A stretch of 64,000 bases of DNA, taken from positions 512,001-576,000 of the forward strand of contig OZ252239.1 in assembly GCA_965249485.1 (NCBI GenBank), written 5' to 3'. The DNA comes from a bacterium (GTDB taxonomy: Bacteria; SM23-31). Of the stretch, positions 32,536-41,973 are shown piece after piece (the stretch's first letter is position 1; every line of letters begins with the position of its first letter). The notes beneath the pieces are model-generated. The model was not told where the DNA came from, made no database searches, and was given only the letters and a program-made list of their open reading frames with translations. The position numbers were made by a program, and so were the translations under genes.

Positions 32536-32581
32536 TATCCGAACCGGTTATATTAAAAAGTGATCGATGATACCCGATTAT

Positions 32582-32794
32582 TCACGTAATCCCTGATTGT
32601 GTATATATTCCTGTTTTTTTTTGTTTTGAGCATACTTCAAACTTGTCACAATCAGAACACACATAATCATCACAATGCTCAATTGATTCGCACACACACG
32701 TAAAACTAATTGTTATCGAATCTTTTAAACATATAGACGTATTGTTATTGTTGTAATAACACAATTTATAATGGCACGAACGGAGCTGATCCAT
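32582..32794 (-). CDS. Small Cys-rich protein, DUF1540-like N-terminus plus an extra Cys cluster
   Basis: C-x4-C-YYN...C...I.I...C.C then C-x4-C-x2-C-x5-C (9 Cys in 70 aa); starts 3 nt after the sprA stop. Confidence 0.55.
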   Translation of the reverse strand: MDQLRSCHYKLCYYNNNNTSICLKDSITISFTCVCESIEHCDDYVCSDCDKFEVCSKQKKTGIYTQSGIT

Positions 32795-32797
32795 AAT

Positions 32798-35700
32798 TTA
32801 TCCGGCAATCCTGATTTTTATTGAAAGTCCGAAATCTTTTGTTACGTTTTTTCCTGTCTGTTTGCTTTCATTGACCTGGTATTTAAAATTCATATTACCG
32901 GTAACTCGGCTAGTAAAAGAGTACGTCAATGTCGGTGTAACACTCCATGAGTCTGTTTTGTTCCGTTCACTGAAATCAACAGCCTCTCCCCGTTTTTCAA
33001 ATGTTGTTGCATTTGTTTTACGGAAATCAACATTGAAATTCACTGAATTTTTAATCTCTCGTGACTTTACGTTGGTAAACGGTATCGAAATTCTGAATCC
33101 GGAGTTCCACTGAAATGAAGTGTTTACTGAAATATCACCATTTAATGTTTTTGTTTCAGCGCTTGTTTTATTATCAATAACTAATGATGTGTTTTGGTTC
33201 ATCGTTACTAAGGAATTAATACCTTTTTTCCATAATATCCTGAGACCTGCAATTGGAGCAAATCCCCACTGAAACCTCTCATTCAACAGATTATCCTCTG
33301 TCTCTTGCCAATTGAGTTCGTGCGAGCCCGAGTAGTTATGAGTCAGAGAAACATTGTCAGCAACTTTATTAATATAAGGAAACTCGTGCAGATTATTAAA
33401 TTGAAGTCCATATTCGAAAAGAGGAATCCTTGTATCGCCAACAATAAACATCGATTGCGTATCTTTTCCTGTTTTGATATTCTGATTGTCGGTAATTGTG
33501 CTTGTATTTGTGTAGCGCATAGTAAAATTGAGCATCCGTGCAATGGCGATAGATGAACCCATATTGAGGTTTGCCTGATTCGATTCCGTACCAGTATTTT
33601 GGCCGAGACCTTCTTTAATTTCAACTCCCGGTTCAACATCCAAACCGAATTGATAGCCAAGTCCCGGCTTACCGTCTAATCCCACATTCTGGAGAGTTCG
33701 CGCCTGATTGAAGTTTACCGATATCGGGGCAATCCTTTTTGTGAACTGATCGAGATACCAGAGCGGATTAACCGGAAAACCGCCCGATTCTGCGTCCGGG
33801 GAAGTGTCCTGCGGCTCTTCCTGCCGCTCCTGCTGAACTTCAGTTTGACCGGCACGCCGGGGGGGCGGCCTCCGCGATGCTGGACTTTGTGACTGCGGCG
33901 AGTTGTACACTAATCCCACCAGATTATTTAAAGAGAGACTTACCCCTGAAGAGAGTGTACGATTCGAAGATGCGTTGTTTCCTGCTGATTCGGATTGTTT
34001 GTTTTTAGCAAGACTGTAGGTAGAATTGTATCCAAAGTTGGGCGATAGCCATTTCATAATATTCGGGGAATATTTTGTTCCGACAGTCTGCTGAGTCGAT
34101 ATTACTGTTGAATCTTCCAAAATTGCCGAAAAGAGTTTGAGCTTATTGTTCAATCCGGTTAAATCATGACTTGTCTGATGCGAGTAGTTGAATGTAAGGT
34201 TGTTAATCGGAGTGTACGATGTTGTTATCGTTTTCGCTGCAGTGAACGTATTGGCTTTGGTTATTTTTCCTGAATTACTTTGTGTTCTCAGTTTCTTTTC
34301 ATTCACCGCTTCGTTCACTGAAAGCGATGTTGAAACACCTCCCAGCATGTAATAAAACCTGAACTGATTGAGACTTCGCAAACCCCAGACTTCTGGTAAA
34401 AACCAGAAGGGCCTTATTGAAGGATTACCAAAACCAAGTTTATGGCTAAGCTGACCTGCTGTTTTTACGGAGCGATTAAATTCGGTATTAACATCCCGAG
34501 CATCCGTTTCCTGCCGAGTAATCGATAAATTGAAGGCCTGTAAGGTATTTTTTATGAGCCAGTTTTCAGAAAACGGCCGGACAGAAAATCCGGAGGAATA
34601 GCTAACGCTTTCGCTGTGCACTTCCTCTTGTGAGGCATTGGGATCGTCTGCTGAAAAGAGTATATCACTTCCTTTCAGGTATTTTGGCGTTGCGTCTGAG
34701 CTTGTCATTGAGTAATTCAGGGGTATATTAAACATATTGAGTTGAGGAATAATACTCCCCAGACTGAAATTCCTTAAATAAAGAGAAAAATTATTGGTAT
34801 TCTGCAGTGATCCGAATTGTTCATTAATTGTGTGAAAATTAGCCTCGCGACGTGCAAAACTGGTGCTGATTGTTCCGAGACTCGATAAATTCAGATTGAT
34901 ATTAGCACGGAAGGCCTTTCCCGGTGTCCTGTCAATACCACTCACCCGCATCTCATCGAGCCAGATAAATCCGTCTTTAGAAAACTCACCAGTATTTTTT
35001 ACTCCGACGGTTACTTTCAGAATGTTCTGAAGAGATGGATTTCCAACCACTTTCCAGACGTCACCATTTTCAAATTCCCGAACGTTGACCTGTACAGTAT
35101 CCCCGGCAGTTGAATCAATGACAGTTGTGGTTTTTAACTTGGGTATTTCCCAGAGGTCGATATTTATATGATTATTATCATCCCAATCGGGTTTTATCTT
35201 TTTCCTGATTTCGTAATAGTTTTTATTGTCATACCCAAACTGAAAAAAGAGTTCAACATTATTTTCATCACCACCTAATCCTGCTATCAACGGATCACCA
35301 TAGACAAACATTTTCAAACGGCGGTAGTGAATAAGGTTCTTCGCTTTAGGAAATACAGTCTGCATTGCTCCGCTTTGTCCCGGCTGCAATCTGAAAAACT
35401 TGAGAGCGAGCGACTGTTCTTTTCCATGAACATCATTTAACTTATCAAATTCTCCGGTAACACCGGGAGGACTGCTATATACATTTATGTCATCTTCTGT
35501 ATTGACCGCATCGACCACAATCGTGGTATCGCTCGCGGTATAGTTACCTATCTCGACCTCATCATCATTTGCCGCAACACCGAGCTCTTTCCATGCACTT
35601 CCAACCAATTCAATTTTATATATACTGATTCCCTCGTTCTCTTCGAGATCGGTAAACCAGAGTCGGGAATATTCAATCTGGGACAAACTCGGATCGCCTA

Positions 35701-38700
35701 TCTTCCAAAAATCTGCCAGCGGTATTCGGTAGAATTTCCAGCCGTTTTCGTTCGGGCCGCTCACTTTGTATTGCCCCGATACGGCGTCATTTCCTAGATC
35801 GATTTGCAGCTGAAAATATTTGTCAATCGGATCGAGAATACCGTCACCATCAATATCTTCGGTATCTGGAATCCGTGAACCGTCATTTCTGTTATTTTTT
35901 GTTCCATTAACATATCGATGATCGTCAAAAACTTTTGTTTCTTGATCATTATGAAACTCATCGTCCCATTGCACTTCAGGAAGATTTGTTTCATTCCATT
36001 TCGACCAAATACCAACATCTTCGGCATCGTCCAGAATTTTATCAAAGTCGTTCGGAATCGTTGAGTTTATTCCGTCTTCGGTGTCGAGTGACTTGTTGGG
36101 AACAGCATCTTCGCTGATCTTCCCGAGATCTATGGTTACTTTTCCTTTCTCTCCCTTTATCCACAATTCAATGAATTTACTCTCGGACTGATTGAAGCTC
36201 CCGGTACCCAGCCATTTCATGATACCACCCCACGCATTATCGGGAATAATATCGCGGGAATTCGGGACAAATTCAATATTCAGAATATTGACTCTTGGGT
36301 TTTGCAAATTACCTATTTGTTTGTTTTCTAAGATATCTCTTTCATCTATTTGTCTAAACGGATTAAACCAGAGCATTTTTGCCCTATTTTGCTGCTCAAG
36401 CTGTGTTTCTATATTCGTAATAGGGTCTTTGAATTTCGGGAGGCTGGAAATAGTCCACGTTCTCCGCATGATTCCAAGCGAAGTGAGTCGTTTTGTGCCC
36501 TCAAAATCATCGATATAGGCGACACCTTCGGGATCGAGTGTTGCACCATTACTCAGAGTGTTCGGATTGGGACGGGTCTGAGCAAACTCTCCTTCAAAAC
36601 TGATTAGCGTCGGTGCTGTTGCGCTGATTACCGGAAGCTTGTCGAGCATTGAAGAAATTTTTCCCGCATTGAACTTTAAACTTGAGTTTACCCCCCATGT
36701 CATATTCTTTTTCGGTTCCTGACCGATATTGACTTTTGTGTCTAAGATTCGCTCATTCAGAAAGAGACCAGTACCACCGATGAATCCAATATCACCAAGA
36801 TTATAGTTGAGATGTGTGCCGAAAAGTGTTTTCTTATCGAGTCTGAAAATTTCGCTACTTTCATACCGCACTTCAACCCGAGAGCCGGGCTGAGTTGCCA
36901 TGGAGTCGAGGATCGTAATTTGACCGAAACTGTAATCGATCTGATAACCCCCATCGTCTTTCAGCAACAACCTGCCGTCAAGTAGGACCTCTTCACTTTC
37001 GGGAATTATATTAAATCCGAGGTTGTGTGTCTGTGACTGGCTCGAGAGTGTGTACTCAAATTCGAACTGTGAAATTGAGTTGTAATCACTCGGATTTGGA
37101 AACAGCTTATCATAAATATCAGGAATCTGGTTCTCTTCAGGAAGACTTGACGAACTATTTCCTTGAAGGGGGTCTCTATTATTAACCGGATCGAACGGCC
37201 GAAGCCCAGGCATAATTAAGTGTCCCCGTGTAAAGTTAAAAAACGGCCTGGCAACATCGACGAGTCCATCTGCTCCGGACTGTCCTGTAACTCCTGTTCT
37301 GTCCAGGCCAAACACTTCGATAAACTCGGTCCCATCGGGAAGTGCCGGATCTCTGGTTTCAGTTTGCGAGAGGACAATCTGCAGTGTAAAACCGTTACGG
37401 CTGATGCCTTGCTGCCCAAGATCATACACGTTTCTCCATTCGAGTGTCCAGGTTGAATCGGTCGGCTGCGGATTGTCTGTCCGAAGGAGTTTCAGGATAA
37501 TCGGTCTGTCTTCCGGAATTTCAAGGTCTCCGATTTCTAATACCGGTCCTTGCTTTGGTTTGTAAGCAATTGCCAATACTTCATTTCTAATAGGACGCTC
37601 CATGATTATTCGGCCCATATCGAGATTAAGTTGATAATCGATATTCGGCCGCAACCGTTTAAAGAAGCGCCGTATTGCATTTTGATTCCCTCCGCTGAGT
37701 GTATCTTCCAGGGCAAGGTTATTTGGATCCCAGACTGCCCATCCTTCTTTCGAATCGGGATTTGAGCTGGAATTCCTATCTGATATCCAGACTTCTGCTC
37801 TTTCTAATTCCAAATTTGAAGTAACGATCGGCAATCCATCCGGACTAAACCTGTATGCATCACGGTACTGTGTGTCGACAAAGAAATAAACACCCCGAAG
37901 GTATTCATAATCTTTCTTGATACTTTTTGTTGCCTGGGCACCATTTTCCAAGATGAGCGATTTTTTTTCGCCCCTTTCCATGCTTGCAACAGACGTCATA
38001 TCGAGCGGGCCGAGTTTATTGACAACTTTAAATCCAAAGAGGCCTTTGTTACCGCCGCTGAAGGTTATGAACTGAGTTCCCGGCAGTGCGAGGGCTATGT
38101 TACCGGCTTGGATCGATTGAAAAATTTCGTCTTCTTCTCCTGTATAAAAGAAGCGCATATTATTTTGTATATCGAAATCCCGTTCGGAATCCTGGTCAAC
38201 CTGGACTGAGATCTTTTCTCCCACTTTACCGGTAATATTAAAACGCTGGGTTTGCTGCAGTTTGAAAGTGTAATCGGAACCTTTGAAAACATCCTTCACT
38301 TCACTCCGGTCATTGTGTAGAAGGTTTCCGGTAATGTTTACCTCTCCCGTTACCTGCAGTCCAATTGCACCCCCACCACCAACAAGCCGGTTGAGGCGCT
38401 GGCTCTGAAGCGGGACAGGTATACGTAGATTCAGTCCACCACCACCGGAACTTGCGGAATTGTCCTGTTGAGCACGATAAGAATTTATGATTTTTGTACC
38501 GGACTCGTACCAGAGTTTTTCCAACTGCCACTGACGGTTGACCGATACAACATCTTCTCTATCAAGAATGAGAGGTATTTTGTACTGGTCCCCGTAATAA
38601 TCTTCAGTAATGATATACTTATTAGACAGCGTATCAAATCTTGTTGACCGGGTAATACTGAGTGCTTTTTTTGGGATAGGTATAGTATTGAGTGAATCAA

Positions 38701-38878
38701 CACCAATGCCGTATGACGGTATTTCCGATTCACTGAATTGCACAGCACCACTGTTCAAGTAGGGTAAACGTACTCCGACCTGTGCGTGAGCATCATTTGG
38801 GATGCTCCAACAAAGTAAGCTCAGGAGATACAAAAAACAAAAATGTAACCTACGGAATGTAAAAAGGAACCAATACAA
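32798..38878 (-). CDS. sprA: Cell-surface protein SprA/Sov (type IX secretion outer-membrane translocon homolog)
   Basis: 2026 aa with signal peptide; NITGKVGEKI, YTGEEDEIFQSIQAGNI, YQIDYSFGQI, AYIDDFEG, TIDLGKISED, DTEDIDGDG, IWLDEMR; C-terminal amphipathic beta-strands. Confidence 0.88.
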   Translation of the reverse strand: MYWFLFTFRRLHFCFLYLLSLLCWSIPNDAHAQVGVRLPYLNSGAVQFSESEIPSYGIGVDSLNTIPIPKKALSITRSTRFDTLSNKYIITEDYYGDQYKIPLILDREDVVSVNRQWQLEKLWYESGTKIINSYRAQQDNSASSGGGGLNLRIPVPLQSQRLNRLVGGGGAIGLQVTGEVNITGNLLHNDRSEVKDVFKGSDYTFKLQQTQRFNITGKVGEKISVQVDQDSERDFDIQNNMRFFYTGEEDEIFQSIQAGNIALALPGTQFITFSGGNKGLFGFKVVNKLGPLDMTSVASMERGEKKSLILENGAQATKSIKKDYEYLRGVYFFVDTQYRDAYRFSPDGLPIVTSNLELERAEVWISDRNSSSNPDSKEGWAVWDPNNLALEDTLSGGNQNAIRRFFKRLRPNIDYQLNLDMGRIIMERPIRNEVLAIAYKPKQGPVLEIGDLEIPEDRPIILKLLRTDNPQPTDSTWTLEWRNVYDLGQQGISRNGFTLQIVLSQTETRDPALPDGTEFIEVFGLDRTGVTGQSGADGLVDVARPFFNFTRGHLIMPGLRPFDPVNNRDPLQGNSSSSLPEENQIPDIYDKLFPNPSDYNSISQFEFEYTLSSQSQTHNLGFNIIPESEEVLLDGRLLLKDDGGYQIDYSFGQITILDSMATQPGSRVEVRYESSEIFRLDKKTLFGTHLNYNLGDIGFIGGTGLFLNERILDTKVNIGQEPKKNMTWGVNSSLKFNAGKISSMLDKLPVISATAPTLISFEGEFAQTRPNPNTLSNGATLDPEGVAYIDDFEGTKRLTSLGIMRRTWTISSLPKFKDPITNIETQLEQQNRAKMLWFNPFRQIDERDILENKQIGNLQNPRVNILNIEFVPNSRDIIPDNAWGGIMKWLGTGSFNQSESKFIELWIKGEKGKVTIDLGKISEDAVPNKSLDTEDGINSTIPNDFDKILDDAEDVGIWSKWNETNLPEVQWDDEFHNDQETKVFDDHRYVNGTKNNRNDGSRIPDTEDIDGDGILDPIDKYFQLQIDLGNDAVSGQYKVSGPNENGWKFYRIPLADFWKIGDPSLSQIEYSRLWFTDLEENEGISIYKIELVGSAWKELGVAANDDEVEIGNYTASDTTIVVDAVNTEDDINVYSSPPGVTGEFDKLNDVHGKEQSLALKFFRLQPGQSGAMQTVFPKAKNLIHYRRLKMFVYGDPLIAGLGGDENNVELFFQFGYDNKNYYEIRKKIKPDWDDNNHINIDLWEIPKLKTTTVIDSTAGDTVQVNVREFENGDVWKVVGNPSLQNILKVTVGVKNTGEFSKDGFIWLDEMRVSGIDRTPGKAFRANINLNLSSLGTISTSFARREANFHTINEQFGSLQNTNNFSLYLRNFSLGSIIPQLNMFNIPLNYSMTSSDATPKYLKGSDILFSADDPNASQEEVHSESVSYSSGFSVRPFSENWLIKNTLQAFNLSITRQETDARDVNTEFNRSVKTAGQLSHKLGFGNPSIRPFWFLPEVWGLRSLNQFRFYYMLGGVSTSLSVNEAVNEKKLRTQSNSGKITKANTFTAAKTITTSYTPINNLTFNYSHQTSHDLTGLNNKLKLFSAILEDSTVISTQQTVGTKYSPNIMKWLSPNFGYNSTYSLAKNKQSESAGNNASSNRTLSSGVSLSLNNLVGLVYNSPQSQSPASRRPPPRRAGQTEVQQERQEEPQDTSPDAESGGFPVNPLWYLDQFTKRIAPISVNFNQARTLQNVGLDGKPGLGYQFGLDVEPGVEIKEGLGQNTGTESNQANLNMGSSIAIARMLNFTMRYTNTSTITDNQNIKTGKDTQSMFIVGDTRIPLFEYGLQFNNLHEFPYINKVADNVSLTHNYSGSHELNWQETEDNLLNERFQWGFAPIAGLRILWKKGINSLVTMNQNTSLVIDNKTSAETKTLNGDISVNTSFQWNSGFRISIPFTNVKSREIKNSVNFNVDFRKTNATTFEKRGEAVDFSERNKTDSWSVTPTLTYSFTSRVTGNMNFKYQVNESKQTGKNVTKDFGLSIKIRIAG

Positions 38879-39055
38879 TATGTGTGTCCTTCTTATACTA
38901 TATATTGCACTCCTCCAATGAGGATTACAATAATTGCAAATCAGTATAAATCAGTAACACTTTTGTATATGTTCCTCCTTAAGGAAAAAAGTGGGGAAAA
39001 TGATTATTTTATAGGTACTTGTCCGTTAAGAGTATAGTATAATTATCGCACAAAA

Positions 39056-39523
39056 TCAAGAAATTGTTTTGTTTTCATCCAGTTTTCTCTCAGCATAAAG
39101 ATTTCTGTATTTATCGCCAAGTGCTATCATCTTTTTTCGGCTGCTGATTTTGGAGTCGTTGTATCCTATCAAATGCAGCATACCGTGGATCACGAGGTTT
39201 ATCAATTCATCTCGGTATGAAATATTGTATTCTTCAGCTTGTTCTCGCGCTACCTTAATACAAATATAGATTTCTCCTTCAATCGGATCATCATCACTAT
39301 TAATCGGAAACGTGATCACATCGGTCTCATAATTGTGGCCTAGAAACCGGACATTTAATTCCCTGATAAATTCTGCCCCGACAAAAACCACCTCAACCAC
39401 ACCGATGTTGGCTTTTTCCTGCTCAGAAACAAGTGATATCAGCTCGGCTACCTCTTTTTTCTGTAAAGGGATCTTTGCTTTATCATCGGTTTGAGAGACC
39501 GATACCTTGACCTTATTTTTCAA
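39056..39523 (-). CDS. ybeY: rRNA maturation RNase YbeY
   Basis: ELN..FL....TDVITF, GEIYI, HGMLHLIGYND. Confidence 0.93.
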   Translation of the reverse strand: MKNKVKVSVSQTDDKAKIPLQKKEVAELISLVSEQEKANIGVVEVVFVGAEFIRELNVRFLGHNYETDVITFPINSDDDPIEGEIYICIKVAREQAEEYNISYRDELINLVIHGMLHLIGYNDSKISSRKKMIALGDKYRNLYAERKLDENKTIS

Positions 39524-41864
39524 CTATTTTTTCTTTTGAAACTTCGCTATTCTCGATATCATTTTCAGGGTACTCGATTCGGACATGAAATATACCGCTC
39601 ATAATCTTAATGAAACTGTCGGTAATGAGCCTGAGGTCTTTCATTGTAAGATCACATTCATCGAGCTGGCCGTCCTGAAAACGCTGGTTAATAATCGTAT
39701 CCACACGTTCTTTAATCCGTGCGGGTGATGGGTCCTTGAGGGCACGTGTTGCAGCTTCAACACCATCCGCAAGCATTACAATTCCCGACTCTCTCGTTTG
39801 AGGTTTGGGACCGGGATAGCAAAAATCTGCCGGATTGATGTTTTTTTCTTTTGATTTTTCGAGGGCTTTTTCATAGAAAAAAGAAATACGGTTTGTACCG
39901 TGGTGCTGCCGTATAAAGTCTTTAATGACTTCAGGGAGTTTATATTTTTCCGCGATTTCGAGCCCTTCACGGACATGGGAAGAGATTATTATACTGCTCA
40001 TGCTCGGGGCAAGCGACTCGTGTCTCTTCATGGCATTCGGTTCATTCTCGATGAAATATTGCGGTTTGACCATTTTCCCGATGTCGTGATAGTAACAACC
40101 TACCCGTGCTCTGAGCGAGTTTGCTCCAATGGCCTCTGCTGCGCGCTCAGAAAGGTTCCCGAGAATAATAGAGTGATGATACGTGCCGGGAGCAGTTATA
40201 GCCAATTCTCGAAGAAGCAGGCTGTTTAAATCCGACAGTTCAAGGAGTGAAATATCAGTTGTGACTCCGAACATTGCTTCAAACAAAACAATAAAACCAA
40301 GCGTGATCAACGGGGAAAGCACTGCATTGGGAAGACCATATTGGAACAATGAAATAGAAAGATCAGTTAGTGTGATACCGCGCAGTGCACCTGTGACAAA
40401 CAACACCAATCCGTAGGCTACTAGTATAAAAAGACTTGTTTTGAAAAACTGACTGATCTTTCGTATACGACGTACTGCCGCTACTGCCACGGCTCCTCCG
40501 ACAAGGACATAAAACGTTATGACAAAATCGTTGCCCATGAATCCTCCGACAAACAAACTAATCATGAGTGTGCCGTAAATTCCAACACCGCCGTCAAATA
40601 TGATCGCCAGAAGCATCGAGGCAATGGTAGTCGGAATAAGATATTCGGAGAGCCTGAACTGCTGCGTCACGAAATAAATAAAGAGGAGTTGTGTTACGAT
40701 AATTAGAAAAATTATTGTAATATTTTTCGTCTCTTTGAGTATTTCAGGGCGAAATTGATAAAGGTAAAAAACAAATAAAAGCAGGACAATCGACAAAAAT
40801 CCTATCTGACCTATAGAAATAATCAAATTTGAAAAAGGATTCTGCAACAGACCTTCACGGAGCAGGTATTCTCTGAGAGATTCAATTTTCCGGTAATGTT
40901 CTTCCGTGATCCGTTCGTGACGGTCGACAATCTTTTCATTTTGCAGTACATATCCACGGGCCCGCGGAACACGGGCAGTAGTTTCATTACGAAGTGATTC
41001 TGTTATCTCAGAGTTGTATTTTATGTTGGGAATTAGAAAATTCTGAACCGTTTCAAATCCGACACTAATGGTGTCGCTTAAAGGCGTGTAGTATGCTTCA
41101 AGGCGTGTTGCTATACCGGAGTAACTGTCGTCCCTGTCAAAAAACTCTTCCAACGTTCCCTGACGTTCATTATTACTATCGGTGATTATGAGCTGGTCAT
41201 TATCATCGGGACTCTGCCGTTTCGAAATATTTAGAATGCCGATTGAATGCATGTCTGAGAGAACCTGATTGCACACGTGCTGAAACTCATCAAAGACGCT
41301 TTGTTCCATTGAAAGAACGGTATTCCAGTTCGGCTGGCTAATATCGATGTTATTCTCACGTTTCAGCAGAGCACCAAGAGACAAAATGCGTGAATCCAGT
41401 TCTCCTATTTGATAAAGAAGCAGCGAATCGGCCTCTCCCTGCTGTGCCCGCACCTGTACTTGAAGAGTGTTAAAAGCTTTAGCAAGGGTTCTGAATTCAT
41501 TCAGATAATTGAAAAACACCGTGATATTCCGTTCAGCCTCAGCCTCTGTATCGGTATCTCGGTAAAAACGAGCCGGCACTTCTCCGCGGACCAGTTCTTT
41601 TTCCTGTTCGTACTCTTCGGTCGATTTATTAATTTCAAATGTTGCAGGGGAAATAATTTGTTCAGGGGCTACAGTCCCGATCTGGTATTCTGCGTAGATA
41701 GACGATCTATCGCGAGGATGCAATAGGCTGCCTATTGCTACGATAACAACAAAAACAATACAGCCGTAGAGGAGTTTTTTATTCAAACGGGAGAGTTCAA
41801 CACTGTTTTTGATCCACGTAAAAACCGGCAATTGTGATTTTAATTGTTTTATCAACTTGTTCAT
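39513..41864 (-). CDS. 7TM-HD phosphohydrolase (PgpH-like, putative c-di-AMP phosphodiesterase)
   Basis: Large extracytoplasmic domain, 7TM region, APGTYHHS, YYHDIGK, HHGT, MLADGVEA; adjacent to ybeY. Confidence 0.9.
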   Translation of the reverse strand: MNKLIKQLKSQLPVFTWIKNSVELSRLNKKLLYGCIVFVVIVAIGSLLHPRDRSSIYAEYQIGTVAPEQIISPATFEINKSTEEYEQEKELVRGEVPARFYRDTDTEAEAERNITVFFNYLNEFRTLAKAFNTLQVQVRAQQGEADSLLLYQIGELDSRILSLGALLKRENNIDISQPNWNTVLSMEQSVFDEFQHVCNQVLSDMHSIGILNISKRQSPDDNDQLIITDSNNERQGTLEEFFDRDDSYSGIATRLEAYYTPLSDTISVGFETVQNFLIPNIKYNSEITESLRNETTARVPRARGYVLQNEKIVDRHERITEEHYRKIESLREYLLREGLLQNPFSNLIISIGQIGFLSIVLLLFVFYLYQFRPEILKETKNITIIFLIIVTQLLFIYFVTQQFRLSEYLIPTTIASMLLAIIFDGGVGIYGTLMISLFVGGFMGNDFVITFYVLVGGAVAVAAVRRIRKISQFFKTSLFILVAYGLVLFVTGALRGITLTDLSISLFQYGLPNAVLSPLITLGFIVLFEAMFGVTTDISLLELSDLNSLLLRELAITAPGTYHHSIILGNLSERAAEAIGANSLRARVGCYYHDIGKMVKPQYFIENEPNAMKRHESLAPSMSSIIISSHVREGLEIAEKYKLPEVIKDFIRQHHGTNRISFFYEKALEKSKEKNINPADFCYPGPKPQTRESGIVMLADGVEAATRALKDPSPARIKERVDTIINQRFQDGQLDECDLTMKDLRLITDSFIKIMSGIFHVRIEYPENDIENSEVSKEKIVEK

Positions 41865-41973
41865 ACGTGCTGGGTACCGGGCAAATCAGGCAGCCGCTGT
41901 TAATTTGATAATGTTTATTTTACAGTATAGATATTCAAAACACTTTGATTCAAACGAAGTGCACTTGATAAGC

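Noticed and set aside
36157..36165. Perfect DnaA box TTATCCACA
   Set aside because: Single copy noticed, inside the sprA coding sequence; no cluster indicating oriC.
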